A stretch of DNA of 64,000 nt from an uncultured delta proteobacterium (GCA_963752595.1 CAVVYZ010000022.1:32001-96000); one strand, 5' to 3'. Positions 23,655 to 34,906 are shown, numbered from the stretch's first letter. The notes: generated from the sequence alone by a model not told the origin. Numbers and translations are program-made.

Positions 23655-26084
23655 TCACTGCTGAACCTCATGGAAGTCGCGATCGGGATCATCAAAGTCG
23701 ATTCTTCTATAATTCGCCGATTGCATTCCCTCTGCCTTTGCTTCATGTGGAACAAGCCTGACCGGAATCTCCGTTCTGGATACCATGGCTGCCTTTTTCT
23801 GGAAAGCCGGCGGGAAGAGCATCAATGATACCGGCAGGAACGTGAGCGCCGAGGCTGCTATGGTAATCATATCGACCGCGACGAGGAGCCCGAGCTGCGA
23901 AACAATCACGAACTGGGAAGGCACAAGGACAAGGAATCCTGCAGCAACAGCCAGCGCATTGTATATAATCCCCCTTCCCGATGTGTTCAGCGCAATATCG
24001 ATAGCCTGCTTCACCGTTCGGCCCTCTCTGATTTCATGCCGGTATCTGCTCAAGTAGTGGATGCAGTAGTCAATCCCCATCCCGATATCGATGCTCGCAA
24101 CGGTTGCGGTTGCGGCATTGAGCTTTATCCCTGAAGCGCCCATGATGCCGAAATCAAGGGCTATGGGGATAATGAGCGGGACCATGCTGTATATACCGAG
24201 CTTGAAAGACCGGAAGATCCCCGAGGTGATGATGAAGCAGAGGATGAACGAAATACAGAAACTCTGGATCTGGCTCCTCACGACGAGGCGATTGAACTCT
24301 TTTGCAAGCATGGCAAGACCGGTGGTAACGATTCTGTCAATCTTCGGCTCTTTTGACTGAGTCTCTCTGAATTCAGCGACCTTCTCCACCACATCCTGAG
24401 CCAGGTAGCCGCTCTGAGATTTCATAGAGAGCAGGATCTGGCCGTTTTTGAAGTCATAGTTGATAAAACTGTCCAGTTCGTCTCCCCCGCCTGAGAATGA
24501 ATAGAGCAGCAGGTATTGTGCCACGAGTTCTCTGGATTCAGGGATGACATAGTACGCAGGGTCGCCGTCATGCATGGCCTTGTTCATCTGTTTGATGAAA
24601 TCGACGATGGAAACCGCCTTGCCGATACCCTCAAGCCCTTTCAATTCATCCTGGAGGCGTTCCATTTCTCTTAGGACCTTGGGATCCTTGATATCGTCAG
24701 CGTTTTTTGTGTTGATCGCAACATTGAACTGCGAGGTGCCGCTGAATTTCTCGTTGAGGATACGGTCTGCGGTTCTGATCGGGCTTCTTTGCCTGAAGTC
24801 CTCCACGAGGTTGAGATCGCTCCTTACATGCCTTCCCACGATGAGGGAGATGATGAAGACAATAAAATAAATAACCAGTATCCATCTGTATTTATGAATA
24901 TTAATATAGGAAAGACCCCGCAGCAGAGGTGCAACGACATCTTTCTTGGTATGATGATGGGGGATGTACTCCTTGCCCCGTGAGTCGATTATGGACATGG
25001 CGGCAGGCACAAAGGTCATGGCAAGGACCATGGCCATCGCGATGCCGAATGCTGCGAGTAGGCCGAACTGTGTCAGGGGGACGACCGGGGTGGTGCACAA
25101 AGACAGGAAGGATGCGATAGTTGTTAGCCCTGCCATGAGAACAGGGAGTGCTAACCTGTTGAGAGCGCTCGTGATGCCTGCTTTGCCCTTTTTCCCTTCC
25201 AATGATTCGGAAAAGATATTTTCCACAACATGGACCCCGTAGGCCACGCCTACAGCCATCATGGCCACGGGCAAGGCGCACGTGACCATAGTGAGGGGGA
25301 TGTCCAGCAGCGGCATGAGCCCCATGCTCCAGAGGGTAGCGATGCCGACGGATATCAGCGGGAGAATCATGCCCCGGAAATTCCTGAAAAAGAGAAACAG
25401 AAACCCGAGAAGGACGATACTTGCCAAAGGCGGCAGGAGTTTCAGATCCTTGATCATATAATGGCCCTGAAGTGCTTCTACGACTTTGGTGCCCGAGATG
25501 AAAAACTTCTCCGGGCCTTCATATTTTTTCATGATTTCCTGCAGCCGGTAGTAAATGGGAACGATCTGGTCTGTCTGAACAGTGTCTTCAAGTATGATGA
25601 ATATTGCAGTGCCCTTGCCGTCTTGAGAAATGAACAATCCATCATAGATATCCCAGGAATGTGCCTTTTTTTTGAATACTTCCATCTCAATGCCTGCTGC
25701 GGGGATTTTACCGTCAGGTGTCATCGGCGCGACATCGAGACCGGATTCACTGCCCTCGATATTTTTTACACTAAGGATGCTCGTTACCTTTTTTACTCCC
25801 TTGATCATTTTCACTTCTTCCGAGATAGACCGGATCTTCCCGAGTGAAACCGGATTAAAGACATCGGTATGCATCATGCCTATGAGGATGTCGGCATATG
25901 AGGTGAATTCTTGTTTATTTATGCTGTATTCTTTTTCAACAGGGTTATTTGACTGGAGAACGATTTCAACCCGGGGGTCTATTTTCAGATGGGGAAGCTG
26001 AAGTCCAAAGAAAATCGTGATAACGAAAACAACAGTAATTACCCAATACGGATGGAATACACTGAAATCAATGACCCTCTTCAT
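23655..26084 (-). CDS. MMPL/RND-superfamily membrane transporter
   Basis: Two repeats of TM-periplasmic domain-TM bundle; GVAYGVHV and GMGIDYCIHYLSRY motifs. Confidence 0.85.
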   Translation of the reverse strand: MKRVIDFSVFHPYWVITVVFVITIFFGLQLPHLKIDPRVEIVLQSNNPVEKEYSINKQEFTSYADILIGMMHTDVFNPVSLGKIRSISEEVKMIKGVKKVTSILSVKNIEGSESGLDVAPMTPDGKIPAAGIEMEVFKKKAHSWDIYDGLFISQDGKGTAIFIILEDTVQTDQIVPIYYRLQEIMKKYEGPEKFFISGTKVVEALQGHYMIKDLKLLPPLASIVLLGFLFLFFRNFRGMILPLISVGIATLWSMGLMPLLDIPLTMVTCALPVAMMAVGVAYGVHVVENIFSESLEGKKGKAGITSALNRLALPVLMAGLTTIASFLSLCTTPVVPLTQFGLLAAFGIAMAMVLAMTFVPAAMSIIDSRGKEYIPHHHTKKDVVAPLLRGLSYINIHKYRWILVIYFIVFIISLIVGRHVRSDLNLVEDFRQRSPIRTADRILNEKFSGTSQFNVAINTKNADDIKDPKVLREMERLQDELKGLEGIGKAVSIVDFIKQMNKAMHDGDPAYYVIPESRELVAQYLLLYSFSGGGDELDSFINYDFKNGQILLSMKSQSGYLAQDVVEKVAEFRETQSKEPKIDRIVTTGLAMLAKEFNRLVVRSQIQSFCISFILCFIITSGIFRSFKLGIYSMVPLIIPIALDFGIMGASGIKLNAATATVASIDIGMGIDYCIHYLSRYRHEIREGRTVKQAIDIALNTSGRGIIYNALAVAAGFLVLVPSQFVIVSQLGLLVAVDMITIAASALTFLPVSLMLFPPAFQKKAAMVSRTEIPVRLVPHEAKAEGMQSANYRRIDFDDPDRDFHEVQQ

Positions 26085-26481
26085 AATGCTGAATCACTCC
26101 CCTTATGCATGGTAGAAAACACGATTATGCTGTAATCGCCGCTAAAAAACCCATATGTACTACCATTAATAATGAATCATCATTACTCATATGTATCAAG
26201 TATAACAACCCTTATCAATAATAATCATATAAAAAAATGGGAATAATAAATCGCAGATCATCCGTCTCAGAATCATTTAAGAGATCAGTTCTGGTCGGCA
26301 CTCTGCCCTTACCGGCCTGGATGGGTAATTGATGCATGTTTTCACCGGGGGCTTTAATTACCGGGATATAGCATTATTCATTCATTCATAAGGTACGTCC
26401 ATTTCATTGAGGGGCTTTCATCTGCGTGGCTCGTCAGTATCGGAAGATGACGGGATTTTATATTCACAAGGAGGGATAACC

Positions 26482-28017
26482 ATGTACCGCGAAAGCCCTG
26501 TGTGCAAGTTCCACTGCCTTCTTTCGATTGCAATCTTATCAGCATTTATTTTCAGTTGCAGCGGCAAGAGTGATGATACGGGAAATAAAGGAGAAAACGG
26601 GGAAACCGTTCTGACGGTAACCTCTACCGCACCGGCAGATGGTGCCGCAGGTATTGCACCCGATGAGCCTATTGTCATAAAATTCAGCGCGAATATCAAT
26701 CCTGATACCATATCTTCATCATCCATCCTTGTAAGTGATGGCCTTAATCAGGCTGAAGGCACACTCGCATCTTCCGCGAATACGGTCACGTTTATGCCTG
26801 CTCCCCTTTTCTCCTGGGGTACGAGATACACCGCTACGATATCAACCGGGGTAAAGGACAGAGCCGGGGCATCCATTGCCTCTGACTATACCTGGTCATT
26901 TACCACTGCAGACGCTAAAAAATTAGGTAAATGGATAATGGTGGCTGCAGGTTGGGACAACGGGGCTGCGATCAATGAAAACGGCACCCTCTGGGGATGG
27001 GGGTGCAATTACTCCGGCCAGTTGGGAAATGGAACCGGTGGGGGCCATAGCGAGGAACATGAATTCGACAGTCATGTTCCTATCCAGGTAGGGGCCAAAT
27101 CGGATTGGGCGGACGTATCGCTTGGTGATCATTATGCAGTCGCTGTTAAGACCGATGGAACGATGTGGGCATGGGGGGATGGGTATATCGGAGACGGCAC
27201 CATGATAACAAGAAGGTCACCTGTCCGGATCGGAGAAGGCTCGAGCTGGGGTGTTGTCGAGGCAAGCATTGGGTATTACGCTCTTGCATTAACCAACGAG
27301 AACTCACTGTGGGCTTGGGGATTGAATACCTATGGTCAACTCGGAAACGGGACTGCCGGTGAAGGGCTGGAAAGCAAAGTTCCCATTCAGGTTGGCGCTG
27401 ATGCCGATTGGGGTATGCTCTCGGCGGGTAAGAAACATACTGTAGCCATTAAAAATGACAAAACCCTGTGGGCATGGGGCGGCAACTGGTTCGGCCAGCT
27501 CGGAGACGGCACCGGCGGAGACAAAACCAGTGCTCATGACAGCCATATCCCGAAGAAGATAGGATCGGATGCAGACTGGCGTGTTGTGTCAGCAAATGGT
27601 GAGTTCACTTTGGGCATCAAGACCGGTGGAACTTTGTGGGCATGGGGGATAAATCAATACGGACAGCTTGGCGATGGAACGAACGATACCAAAAGCGCAC
27701 CAATAAAGATAGGAAATGCAACTGATTGGGCTTTTGTCTCTGCAGGCTGGTACCATGCTGTCGCGGTGAAGAATGACGGCACTCTCTGGGCATGGGGTTC
27801 AAACAATCACGGCCAGCTCGGGGACGGGACGGCCATAGATAAAAATATCCCGGTTCACATAGGTACGGATACCGATTGGGATACCATATCCGCAGGCAAA
27901 GACTTCACGCTGGCCATCAAGAAAGACGGCACCCTCTGGGCATGGGGGTATAATAATTTCGGTCAGGTAGGCGATGGAACCACTGCTGATAAGCTTAGTC
28001 CTACCCGGATAAAATAA
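26482..28017 (+). CDS. Lipoprotein with Ig-like (Big_5-type) domain and RCC1/BLIP-II-type beta-propeller
   Basis: ATG at 26482 behind AGGAGGG; lipobox IFSC; VTSTAPADGA...YTWSFTT; seven repeats of GTLWAWGxNxxGQLGDGT-type. Confidence 0.88.
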   Translation: MYRESPVCKFHCLLSIAILSAFIFSCSGKSDDTGNKGENGETVLTVTSTAPADGAAGIAPDEPIVIKFSANINPDTISSSSILVSDGLNQAEGTLASSANTVTFMPAPLFSWGTRYTATISTGVKDRAGASIASDYTWSFTTADAKKLGKWIMVAAGWDNGAAINENGTLWGWGCNYSGQLGNGTGGGHSEEHEFDSHVPIQVGAKSDWADVSLGDHYAVAVKTDGTMWAWGDGYIGDGTMITRRSPVRIGEGSSWGVVEASIGYYALALTNENSLWAWGLNTYGQLGNGTAGEGLESKVPIQVGADADWGMLSAGKKHTVAIKNDKTLWAWGGNWFGQLGDGTGGDKTSAHDSHIPKKIGSDADWRVVSANGEFTLGIKTGGTLWAWGINQYGQLGDGTNDTKSAPIKIGNATDWAFVSAGWYHAVAVKNDGTLWAWGSNNHGQLGDGTAIDKNIPVHIGTDTDWDTISAGKDFTLAIKKDGTLWAWGYNNFGQVGDGTTADKLSPTRIK

Positions 28018-28027
28018 AAATCTTGCA

Positions 28028-28060
28028 GGTACGGGCAAGTGTCATTGCCCGTACCGTTTA
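28028..28060 (+). terminator. Probable terminator hairpin after the RCC1 gene
   Basis: GGTACGGGCAA-N6-TTGCCCGTACC followed by a short T tract. Confidence 0.6.
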
Positions 28061-28360
28061 ACATTTCACAATCTTCCCGGGAAAATCCAAATAAAGTTAT
28101 ATTTCTCTTCAGGCTTCATGCACAAGTTTGAAAGGGTCAAAGCACAGGCTTGAATCACGCAATATTCTTCTAAAGTTATACCCCGATGCATCACGATAAC
28201 TCTCATAAGATAAGCAAGGGGATCCCTATGTGGAATCCAAGCAGTGAGAAAGATGGAAGGTATTTATATGGCAGGGGTATGAAACCAGGGATGAGACTGT
28301 ATATACAGGAGTCAGTGACCGGAACCGATAAGGAAGTTTCCGTGCGATAATGAAAGCAAG

Positions 28361-31300
28361 ATGATGAACAGCTCCTTCCTTATGAACCAGTTGGATTACC
28401 TTTCCTTCGTTACTGCATTTTCGTTTATCGCAGTCTGCATCACCTTCCTTTTTCTTTCACTGGACGGCATGAAACGTCTCCCCTGGAAATTGCCTGCTGC
28501 CTTCGGCTTGTTGCAAGCCGTGTATTGGCTTCTTTTCATGCTTTCTCTAAGTATGCAGGACAGAGCCCTCTTCCAAGTGATTCATTTTGCATTATTCCTC
28601 CTTTCATTCGCATTCCTTGCAGAATTCGCACGGACCGGTTCCCGGATACAACAGAGACACGTGCCTGGATTGTGGATGTACCTGGCGTTTGCCCTCTGTG
28701 CCGCCCTTTTATGGGTGCTCGGGTTGAAAAGCCCTGAATGTATCTTGCGCCTGGCTGTCGTACTGCCGGGAGGTCTTTTTGCCTCTCTGATACTCTGGCG
28801 CGAGGGAAGAAAAGCTCCTGAAAGATCATCCGGCAGATGGCTCGGACTTTTAAGCATGAGCATAGCGACGTACACCGTGCTCGTCAGCTTTACAGGGAGG
28901 AATCCGGGGATGTCTCTGCTTTCTCTCATCATTTCCGAGGAATATCTTATCGCGGCATACATATCAGTCTGTCTCGGCCTAGCGGTTTCCTCTCTGACCA
29001 TATCTTTTTCACTCACTCGATTTGCTTCTTCATTCATTGGTGTTTCTTGGAAGATGCCGACCCGTCTGCCCGACACACCGTGGTTTGCATGGTTTCTGGG
29101 GCTCGTTCTGATTTCCGGCTGGGGAATGACCGAATGGGCGGGCAGGTTCGAGGACGCGATGCTGCGGAATGAAATCATTACCCAGGCACGGATTGCCTCC
29201 AGAAGTATCGATATACCCGATCTACGCCGGCTCAAAGGAAACATTCACGATCTGAATGTACCCGAATACATCCATATAAAAGAACATCTCATAAAGATCA
29301 GGAGCGCCAACCCCTTCTACCGGTTCGTCTATCTTATGGGAAAGAATGGAAAAACCGTATTTTTCCTGGTTGATTCCGAGCTTCCGTCTTCAAAGGACTA
29401 TTCCCCTCCGGGCCAGATATATGAAGAGGAAACGACCGATGCATTTCTCAAGACATTCGATCCCGGCATAGAGATTACCGAAGGACCGCTCGCAGATGAA
29501 TGGGGCACATGGGTAAGCGCAACGATCCCCATCAGGGATCCGCAAACCGGAGCCGTGCCCGCTGTACTCGGCATCGATATCGATGCCTCTGATTGGCTGA
29601 AGAATATTTATGCTGCAAGGAGTCAGCCGATACTCGCAACCATGCTCATCACGCTGCTTGCGCTCGTGTTCAATATCTATCTGAAACGTTCCAGAATCAC
29701 GCATCTCAAGATCGCCGCCTCCGAGCAAAGGCTGCGTTACGCACTTGATGCAACGAGCGAAGGCGTGTGGGACTGGAACATGAAAACAAATGAGATCGAC
29801 TACAGCCCGCACTGGGCGGCAACGATGGGCTACTCCCGGGAAGATCTCATTCTTCTCGGTGATTTACGCCGAAGTATTGTCCACCCGGATGATCTGCAGA
29901 GGGTGCAGGATACCATCGAAGCATATCTTCAGGGAAAGGTTCCGGTATATGAGTGCGAGGCCCGCATGAAAACGAAAGCGGGAGCCTACAGATATACCCT
30001 GGATCACGGCAAAATTGTGGAATGGGACTCTGACGGCACCGCATCCCGCATGGTCGGTACCTTCATGGATATCTCGGCACGCAAGGAAATGGAAGAGGAT
30101 ATCAGAAAAAAAGAGAGCCAGTACCGCGAGTTCGTGGAAAACGCAAGCGATATGATTTACGAGATGGATGCAAGCGGGTATTTCCGGTTTATCAACCCTG
30201 CAGCCGCAAGGCTCTGCGGGTACACTGCCGAAGAGTTCATGGGCAAGCATTACCTGGATCTCATCCCTCAGAATTATCACAAGGACATTATCAGGAAATC
30301 AGGGATACAATTCGTAAATAAAATTTCAACGGTGTCCTACGAAACACCCCTCCTTACACGGGAAGGCATCCAGGTATGGGTATGGCACAGCGTGAGCCTT
30401 ATCATCGAAGAGGACACGATAAAAGGATTCCGGGTCGTTGCACGGGATATCACCGACCGAAAAATGGCCGAAGAGGAGCTCAAAAGGAAAGAAGAGCAGT
30501 ATCGTCAGCTCGTCGAGAATGCCAGCGATCTGATCTACGAGACCGATGCGTTGGGATATTTCCGGTTCCTCAACCCTGCCGCTGAAAGGATCAGCGGGTA
30601 TACCATCGAAGAGTTTATCGGCAGACATTTCCTTGAGTTCATCCCCGAGAGCCATCACGATTACATCACCAGGATGACCGGGATACAGTTTGTGAAAAAG
30701 ACCCCCACCATCTATTATGAAACCCCTATCCTGGCCAAGAACGGCCGTGAGGTCTGGCTCTGGCAGAGTGTAAGCCTGATCCTCGACGGAGATACGGTTA
30801 AGGGATTCAGGGTCCTTGCACGGGATATCACCGAGAAAAAGAGAGCGGAAGACGCCCTCAAAGAAAGCGAAGAGCGCCTGCATGCAGTATTTGATAATGT
30901 CCAGGCAGGTATCGTCCTGATAGATCCGGATACCCATCACATCGTGAATGCCAATAGAATGGCAGCCCATCTCTGCGCTACGACACCGGAGGCGATGGCA
31001 GGAACTCTCTGCCATGAGAGCATATGCCCGGCCCAGATAGGAGCATGCCCCATAACCGATAAATATGAAAGTATTGATAATTCGGAAAGGCTTCTCCTCA
31101 CCAGTGACGGGATGCAGATCCCTGTTCTGAAAACCGCAATCAAGGTCACCATTGGAGGCAAGGAATACCTGGTCGAGAGTTTCATAGATATTACCGCGCG
31201 AAAGGAAGCTGAGGAGCGCGTGAACCAACTCGCTGAGGAGGCCAGGGCAGCTAATCATGCGAAGAGTCTATTCCTTGCGAATATGAGCCATGAGATCCGT

Positions 31301-33271
31301 ACCCCGATGAACGGCGTCATCGGAATGACCGAGCTTCTTCTGGGAACCGAGCTTACGGCAAAGCAGCAACAATATGCCGGGATCATCCGCAAGAGCGGTG
31401 AATCCCTCGTCGCCCTCATAAACGATATCCTCGATTTCTCGAAGATCGAGGCAGATAAGCTCGACCTGGAAATCATCGATTTCGATTTGAGGGCGCTGCT
31501 CGAAGACCTCACCGAACTCCTTGCTGTGCGCACTGCCGAGAAAGGGATCGAGCTTTCCTGCCTCATCGGGCCCGACGTCCCTACTCACCTGCGCGGGGAT
31601 CCGGGGAGGCTCCGCCAGGTAATAATGAACCTTGCGGGCAATGCCGTGAAATTCACCGACCATGGCGAGGTTTCCATCAGGGTATCCGTGCACGGCGAAA
31701 CGGATGAAATCGTATCGCTGCTCTTCTCCATCCACGACACCGGAATCGGGATAGCGGCCGACAAGATCGATATGCTCTTCAATGCCTTTACGCAGGTGGA
31801 TGCATCGAGCACCCGCAAGTTCGGAGGCACCGGACTCGGCCTGGTGATCTCCAAGAAGCTCACGGAAATGATGGGAGGGACCATCTCGGTAGAGAGCAAT
31901 GAAGGCAAAGGTTCTGTTTTTTCTTTTAATGTCCTGCTCGATAAGCAGCCCGCATCATCACAAGTTGTCCCGAAGAGGCTTGAAGGAATTTCGGGCCGGC
32001 ACGTGCTCATCGTTGATTACAACGCCACGAGCAGGATGGTCCTCTCGCTTATGCTCGAAACATGGGGCGTCCGCCACGAAGAAACGTCCGGAGGTACTGA
32101 GGCGCTTATCCTGCTCAAAGAGGCACAGAAAAAGGACGACCCGTTCGACATTGCCATACTCGACTCGGTTACCGTGGGCATGAGCGGAGAAGAGCTCGGC
32201 AGGAGGATAAGCAACGATGCGGCCCTGAAAGATACTGCGCTCGTTATGCTCTTCTCTATTACCCAGAGAGGCGAGGCATCGAGGCTGAAACGAGCCGGTT
32301 TCGTTGCGTATCTCAGCAAACCCGTCAGGCAGGCTCACCTCTTCGATTGTCTCTCCACGGTTCTGGGAATCAGGAGTCCGCAAAAGGAGGATCACCGACC
32401 GGTGAGCATCCGCACCGATCTGAATGAAGAGAGGCGGCATCACAGGCGTATCCTTCTCGTAGAAGACAACCATACGAACCAGATGGTAGCCATGGGCATT
32501 CTCGAACGTCTGGGATATCAGGCGAGCGCTGTCGAAAACGGGGCGGATGCCATTAAATCACTTGAGACAATGCCGTATGACCTGATTCTCATGGACTGCC
32601 AGATGCCGGGTATGGACGGGTTCGAAACCACCGCCATCATCCGGGATCAGACCTCCCGGGTCCTTGATCACTCGGTGCCCATCATTGCCATGACGGCCTA
32701 TGCTATGAAGGGCGACCGGGAGAGATGCATCACGGCAGGAATGGATGATTATCTTTCCAAGCCCATCAGCTCGGCAGAGATCGATGCCATGCTGATGAAG
32801 TGGTTTGCCCGGATGGATGAGGCCCATGCTGCTTCACCGGACGATCTCCCTGAGCCCCTTGCAACCGAGGACCATTCTCATGCAGGTGATTCACCAATGG
32901 AAATCAAAGACGAGCCGGTCTTCGACATCGACGGCCTTATGGACAGGCTTGCAGGAGATGAAGAACTGGCGCGAATGGTCGTTGCCGCTTTTTTCGATGA
33001 TGTTTCCTCTACAGTCTCGTCACTGAAGAATTCTTTGGAGAAGTGCGACGCGGCAGCAATCGACTTCCATGCCCACACGCTCAAGGGAGCAGCCGGGAAC
33101 GTGGGAGGGATGTCGCTTCGGCAAACGGCACTGCAGATGGAGAAGGCAGGTAAAGCAGGCGATCCGGATACAGCCTTAAGGCTGATGCCTGAGCTTACGC
33201 ACAAGCTTGACCTTTTCAAGATGGCTGCCGAAGAGAAAGGTTGGGTGGAAAAGAAAGGAATGAGTGCATGA
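28361..33271 (+). CDS. Membrane hybrid sensor histidine kinase (multi-TM, extracytoplasmic sensor, 4 PAS, HisKA, HATPase, 2 REC, HPt)
   Basis: FLANMSHEIRTPMNG, NLAGNAVKFT, DTGIGI, GGTGLGL, LMDCQMPGMDG, AHTLKGAAGNVG. Confidence 0.95.
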   Translation: MMNSSFLMNQLDYLSFVTAFSFIAVCITFLFLSLDGMKRLPWKLPAAFGLLQAVYWLLFMLSLSMQDRALFQVIHFALFLLSFAFLAEFARTGSRIQQRHVPGLWMYLAFALCAALLWVLGLKSPECILRLAVVLPGGLFASLILWREGRKAPERSSGRWLGLLSMSIATYTVLVSFTGRNPGMSLLSLIISEEYLIAAYISVCLGLAVSSLTISFSLTRFASSFIGVSWKMPTRLPDTPWFAWFLGLVLISGWGMTEWAGRFEDAMLRNEIITQARIASRSIDIPDLRRLKGNIHDLNVPEYIHIKEHLIKIRSANPFYRFVYLMGKNGKTVFFLVDSELPSSKDYSPPGQIYEEETTDAFLKTFDPGIEITEGPLADEWGTWVSATIPIRDPQTGAVPAVLGIDIDASDWLKNIYAARSQPILATMLITLLALVFNIYLKRSRITHLKIAASEQRLRYALDATSEGVWDWNMKTNEIDYSPHWAATMGYSREDLILLGDLRRSIVHPDDLQRVQDTIEAYLQGKVPVYECEARMKTKAGAYRYTLDHGKIVEWDSDGTASRMVGTFMDISARKEMEEDIRKKESQYREFVENASDMIYEMDASGYFRFINPAAARLCGYTAEEFMGKHYLDLIPQNYHKDIIRKSGIQFVNKISTVSYETPLLTREGIQVWVWHSVSLIIEEDTIKGFRVVARDITDRKMAEEELKRKEEQYRQLVENASDLIYETDALGYFRFLNPAAERISGYTIEEFIGRHFLEFIPESHHDYITRMTGIQFVKKTPTIYYETPILAKNGREVWLWQSVSLILDGDTVKGFRVLARDITEKKRAEDALKESEERLHAVFDNVQAGIVLIDPDTHHIVNANRMAAHLCATTPEAMAGTLCHESICPAQIGACPITDKYESIDNSERLLLTSDGMQIPVLKTAIKVTIGGKEYLVESFIDITARKEAEERVNQLAEEARAANHAKSLFLANMSHEIRTPMNGVIGMTELLLGTELTAKQQQYAGIIRKSGESLVALINDILDFSKIEADKLDLEIIDFDLRALLEDLTELLAVRTAEKGIELSCLIGPDVPTHLRGDPGRLRQVIMNLAGNAVKFTDHGEVSIRVSVHGETDEIVSLLFSIHDTGIGIAADKIDMLFNAFTQVDASSTRKFGGTGLGLVISKKLTEMMGGTISVESNEGKGSVFSFNVLLDKQPASSQVVPKRLEGISGRHVLIVDYNATSRMVLSLMLETWGVRHEETSGGTEALILLKEAQKKDDPFDIAILDSVTVGMSGEELGRRISNDAALKDTALVMLFSITQRGEASRLKRAGFVAYLSKPVRQAHLFDCLSTVLGIRSPQKEDHRPVSIRTDLNEERRHHRRILLVEDNHTNQMVAMGILERLGYQASAVENGADAIKSLETMPYDLILMDCQMPGMDGFETTAIIRDQTSRVLDHSVPIIAMTAYAMKGDRERCITAGMDDYLSKPISSAEIDAMLMKWFARMDEAHAASPDDLPEPLATEDHSHAGDSPMEIKDEPVFDIDGLMDRLAGDEELARMVVAAFFDDVSSTVSSLKNSLEKCDAAAIDFHAHTLKGAAGNVGGMSLRQTALQMEKAGKAGDPDTALRLMPELTHKLDLFKMAAEEKGWVEKKGMSA

Positions 33272-33663
33272 AGGCGCTTATCGTTGAGGACGAATTTACG
33301 AGCAGGCTCATCCTGCAGAAGTTTCTCTCGAGCAGCAGTGAAGTACACGTGAGCGGCAACGGCCGGGAAGGTCTCGAAGCATTCAAGGCTGCCCTGGATC
33401 AGGGATCTCCTTTCGATCTCGTCTGTATGGACGTCATGATGCCGGAAATGGACGGCCCTGCTGCGCTCATTGGGATAAGGGCATTTGAGGAGGAAATCGG
33501 CATCAAGGAAAAAATATCGAGGGTGAAAGTCCTCATGACGACCGGTCTGGGTGAGACCGACAGCGCCCTTGACAGCATCAGAAACCTGTATGACGGCATC
33601 CTGACCAAGCCTGTCAGGCTGAACACCCTCATGGTCACCCTCGCCTCACTGGGCCTTATATAA
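33268..33663 (+). CDS. Single-domain response regulator (CheY-like)
   Basis: MKALIVEDE, CMDVMMPEMDG, LTKPV; ATGA overlap with the kinase. Confidence 0.92.
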   Translation: MKALIVEDEFTSRLILQKFLSSSSEVHVSGNGREGLEAFKAALDQGSPFDLVCMDVMMPEMDGPAALIGIRAFEEEIGIKEKISRVKVLMTTGLGETDSALDSIRNLYDGILTKPVRLNTLMVTLASLGLI

Positions 33664-33742
33664 CAGTATTACTCGCAAGATAACATTTTCTTAAGCGTAT
33701 CCCTTTACAATAAAACTCGAACTGATGTGCAGGAAAAAACCA

Positions 33743-34906
33743 TCAGCTTGTCCGCAGCGACTCCACGATATTCATGCGTGATGCCCTGAACGCAGGCAGC
33801 ACGCCTCCCGTAAGACCCATGATGAGAGAGAAGGCCAGGGATTCAAAAAATATGGACGGGGTAAGGGTGAACTTGAATGCCAGCTCGGAGAAGGACTGGA
33901 AGTTCACGGTCGAGATGGTGATGAACTGCATGAACGAGGCGAAGAAGAGTCCCATGCACCCGCCGATGAGCCCGAGAAAGACTGATTCCACGAGAAAGCT
34001 CAGCAGAATGGAGCGCCTCTGGAATCCCAGGGCCCGTAAGGTCCCGATCTCCCGAACTCGGTTTGCCACGGCAGAGTACATGGTGATCATGGCACCGATA
34101 ACTGCGCCCAGAGAGAATATCACCGTAAGCGTAATGCCGAGGATCGTGAGAAACTTCGCCATCATCTCGGACTGCTCAAGGTAAAATGCAGTCTCACGCT
34201 TTGCCTGGAGAGTGAGCCGCGGGTCATTCTCGATAGCTGCCTTTGCCCTGTCCAGATGTGAGGCATCGCTCATCTTGAAGATCACGATCGAATATACCGG
34301 CCTCCTGAACGTCTGCATGACCTGTTCTGCATCGCCCCAGATCTCGGAACTGAATGCCGTGTTGCCTGCATCCATGATGCCGACGACCCTCCAGTTCCTG
34401 ATACTGTCTGAAAGTGTGCTTCCCAGGGTAAGGTCCTTGAACCTCTTCACCAGACTTGTGCCCACGACCATCTCAGGAGTGCCGAACCTGGGCATGCGTC
34501 CTTGAATGAGCTTGACCTGTGGCCGTAAGGCAAGGGATTCTTTCCCGATTCCACGGATCGTGACATTGGATGTCCCGCCCGCCTTTTTGGGCAATGTAAT
34601 GAGTACCACGACCTCCTTTGACAGGATCCGATCGCCGTTCCTATCCGTGGCGATTCCGGGCAGGGTCTCCACCACGGCAGCCTTTTCCCGCTCGATAGAG
34701 CTGTCGACCTCACTGGTCGCCCCTTTTCGCAGTACGATCATGTTATCGTAGGAGCCAGTTTGCACAAGGGTTTTCCGGAGGCCTGCAGCCAGCATGAGGA
34801 CCGTGGCGAAGACAAATACCACGAGTGCCATGCCCGTGGCGGTGAGGAATGTGGTGAGGCGTCTTGTCCAGAGGCTGCGGAAACTGTAGGATAACGGCAC
34901 CGCCAT
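33743..34906 (-). CDS. ABC transporter permease (MacB/FtsX family)
   Basis: RVREIGTLRALGF; TM-periplasmic-3TM topology. Confidence 0.9.
   Translation of the reverse strand: MAVPLSYSFRSLWTRRLTTFLTATGMALVVFVFATVLMLAAGLRKTLVQTGSYDNMIVLRKGATSEVDSSIEREKAAVVETLPGIATDRNGDRILSKEVVVLITLPKKAGGTSNVTIRGIGKESLALRPQVKLIQGRMPRFGTPEMVVGTSLVKRFKDLTLGSTLSDSIRNWRVVGIMDAGNTAFSSEIWGDAEQVMQTFRRPVYSIVIFKMSDASHLDRAKAAIENDPRLTLQAKRETAFYLEQSEMMAKFLTILGITLTVIFSLGAVIGAMITMYSAVANRVREIGTLRALGFQRRSILLSFLVESVFLGLIGGCMGLFFASFMQFITISTVNFQSFSELAFKFTLTPSIFFESLAFSLIMGLTGGVLPAFRASRMNIVESLRTS

Noticed and set aside
26950-28010. CRISPR array or DNA tandem repeat (recurring CTGTGGGCATGGGG-like words)
   Set aside because: These are the coding repeats of RCC1 blades, in frame and degenerate at third positions.
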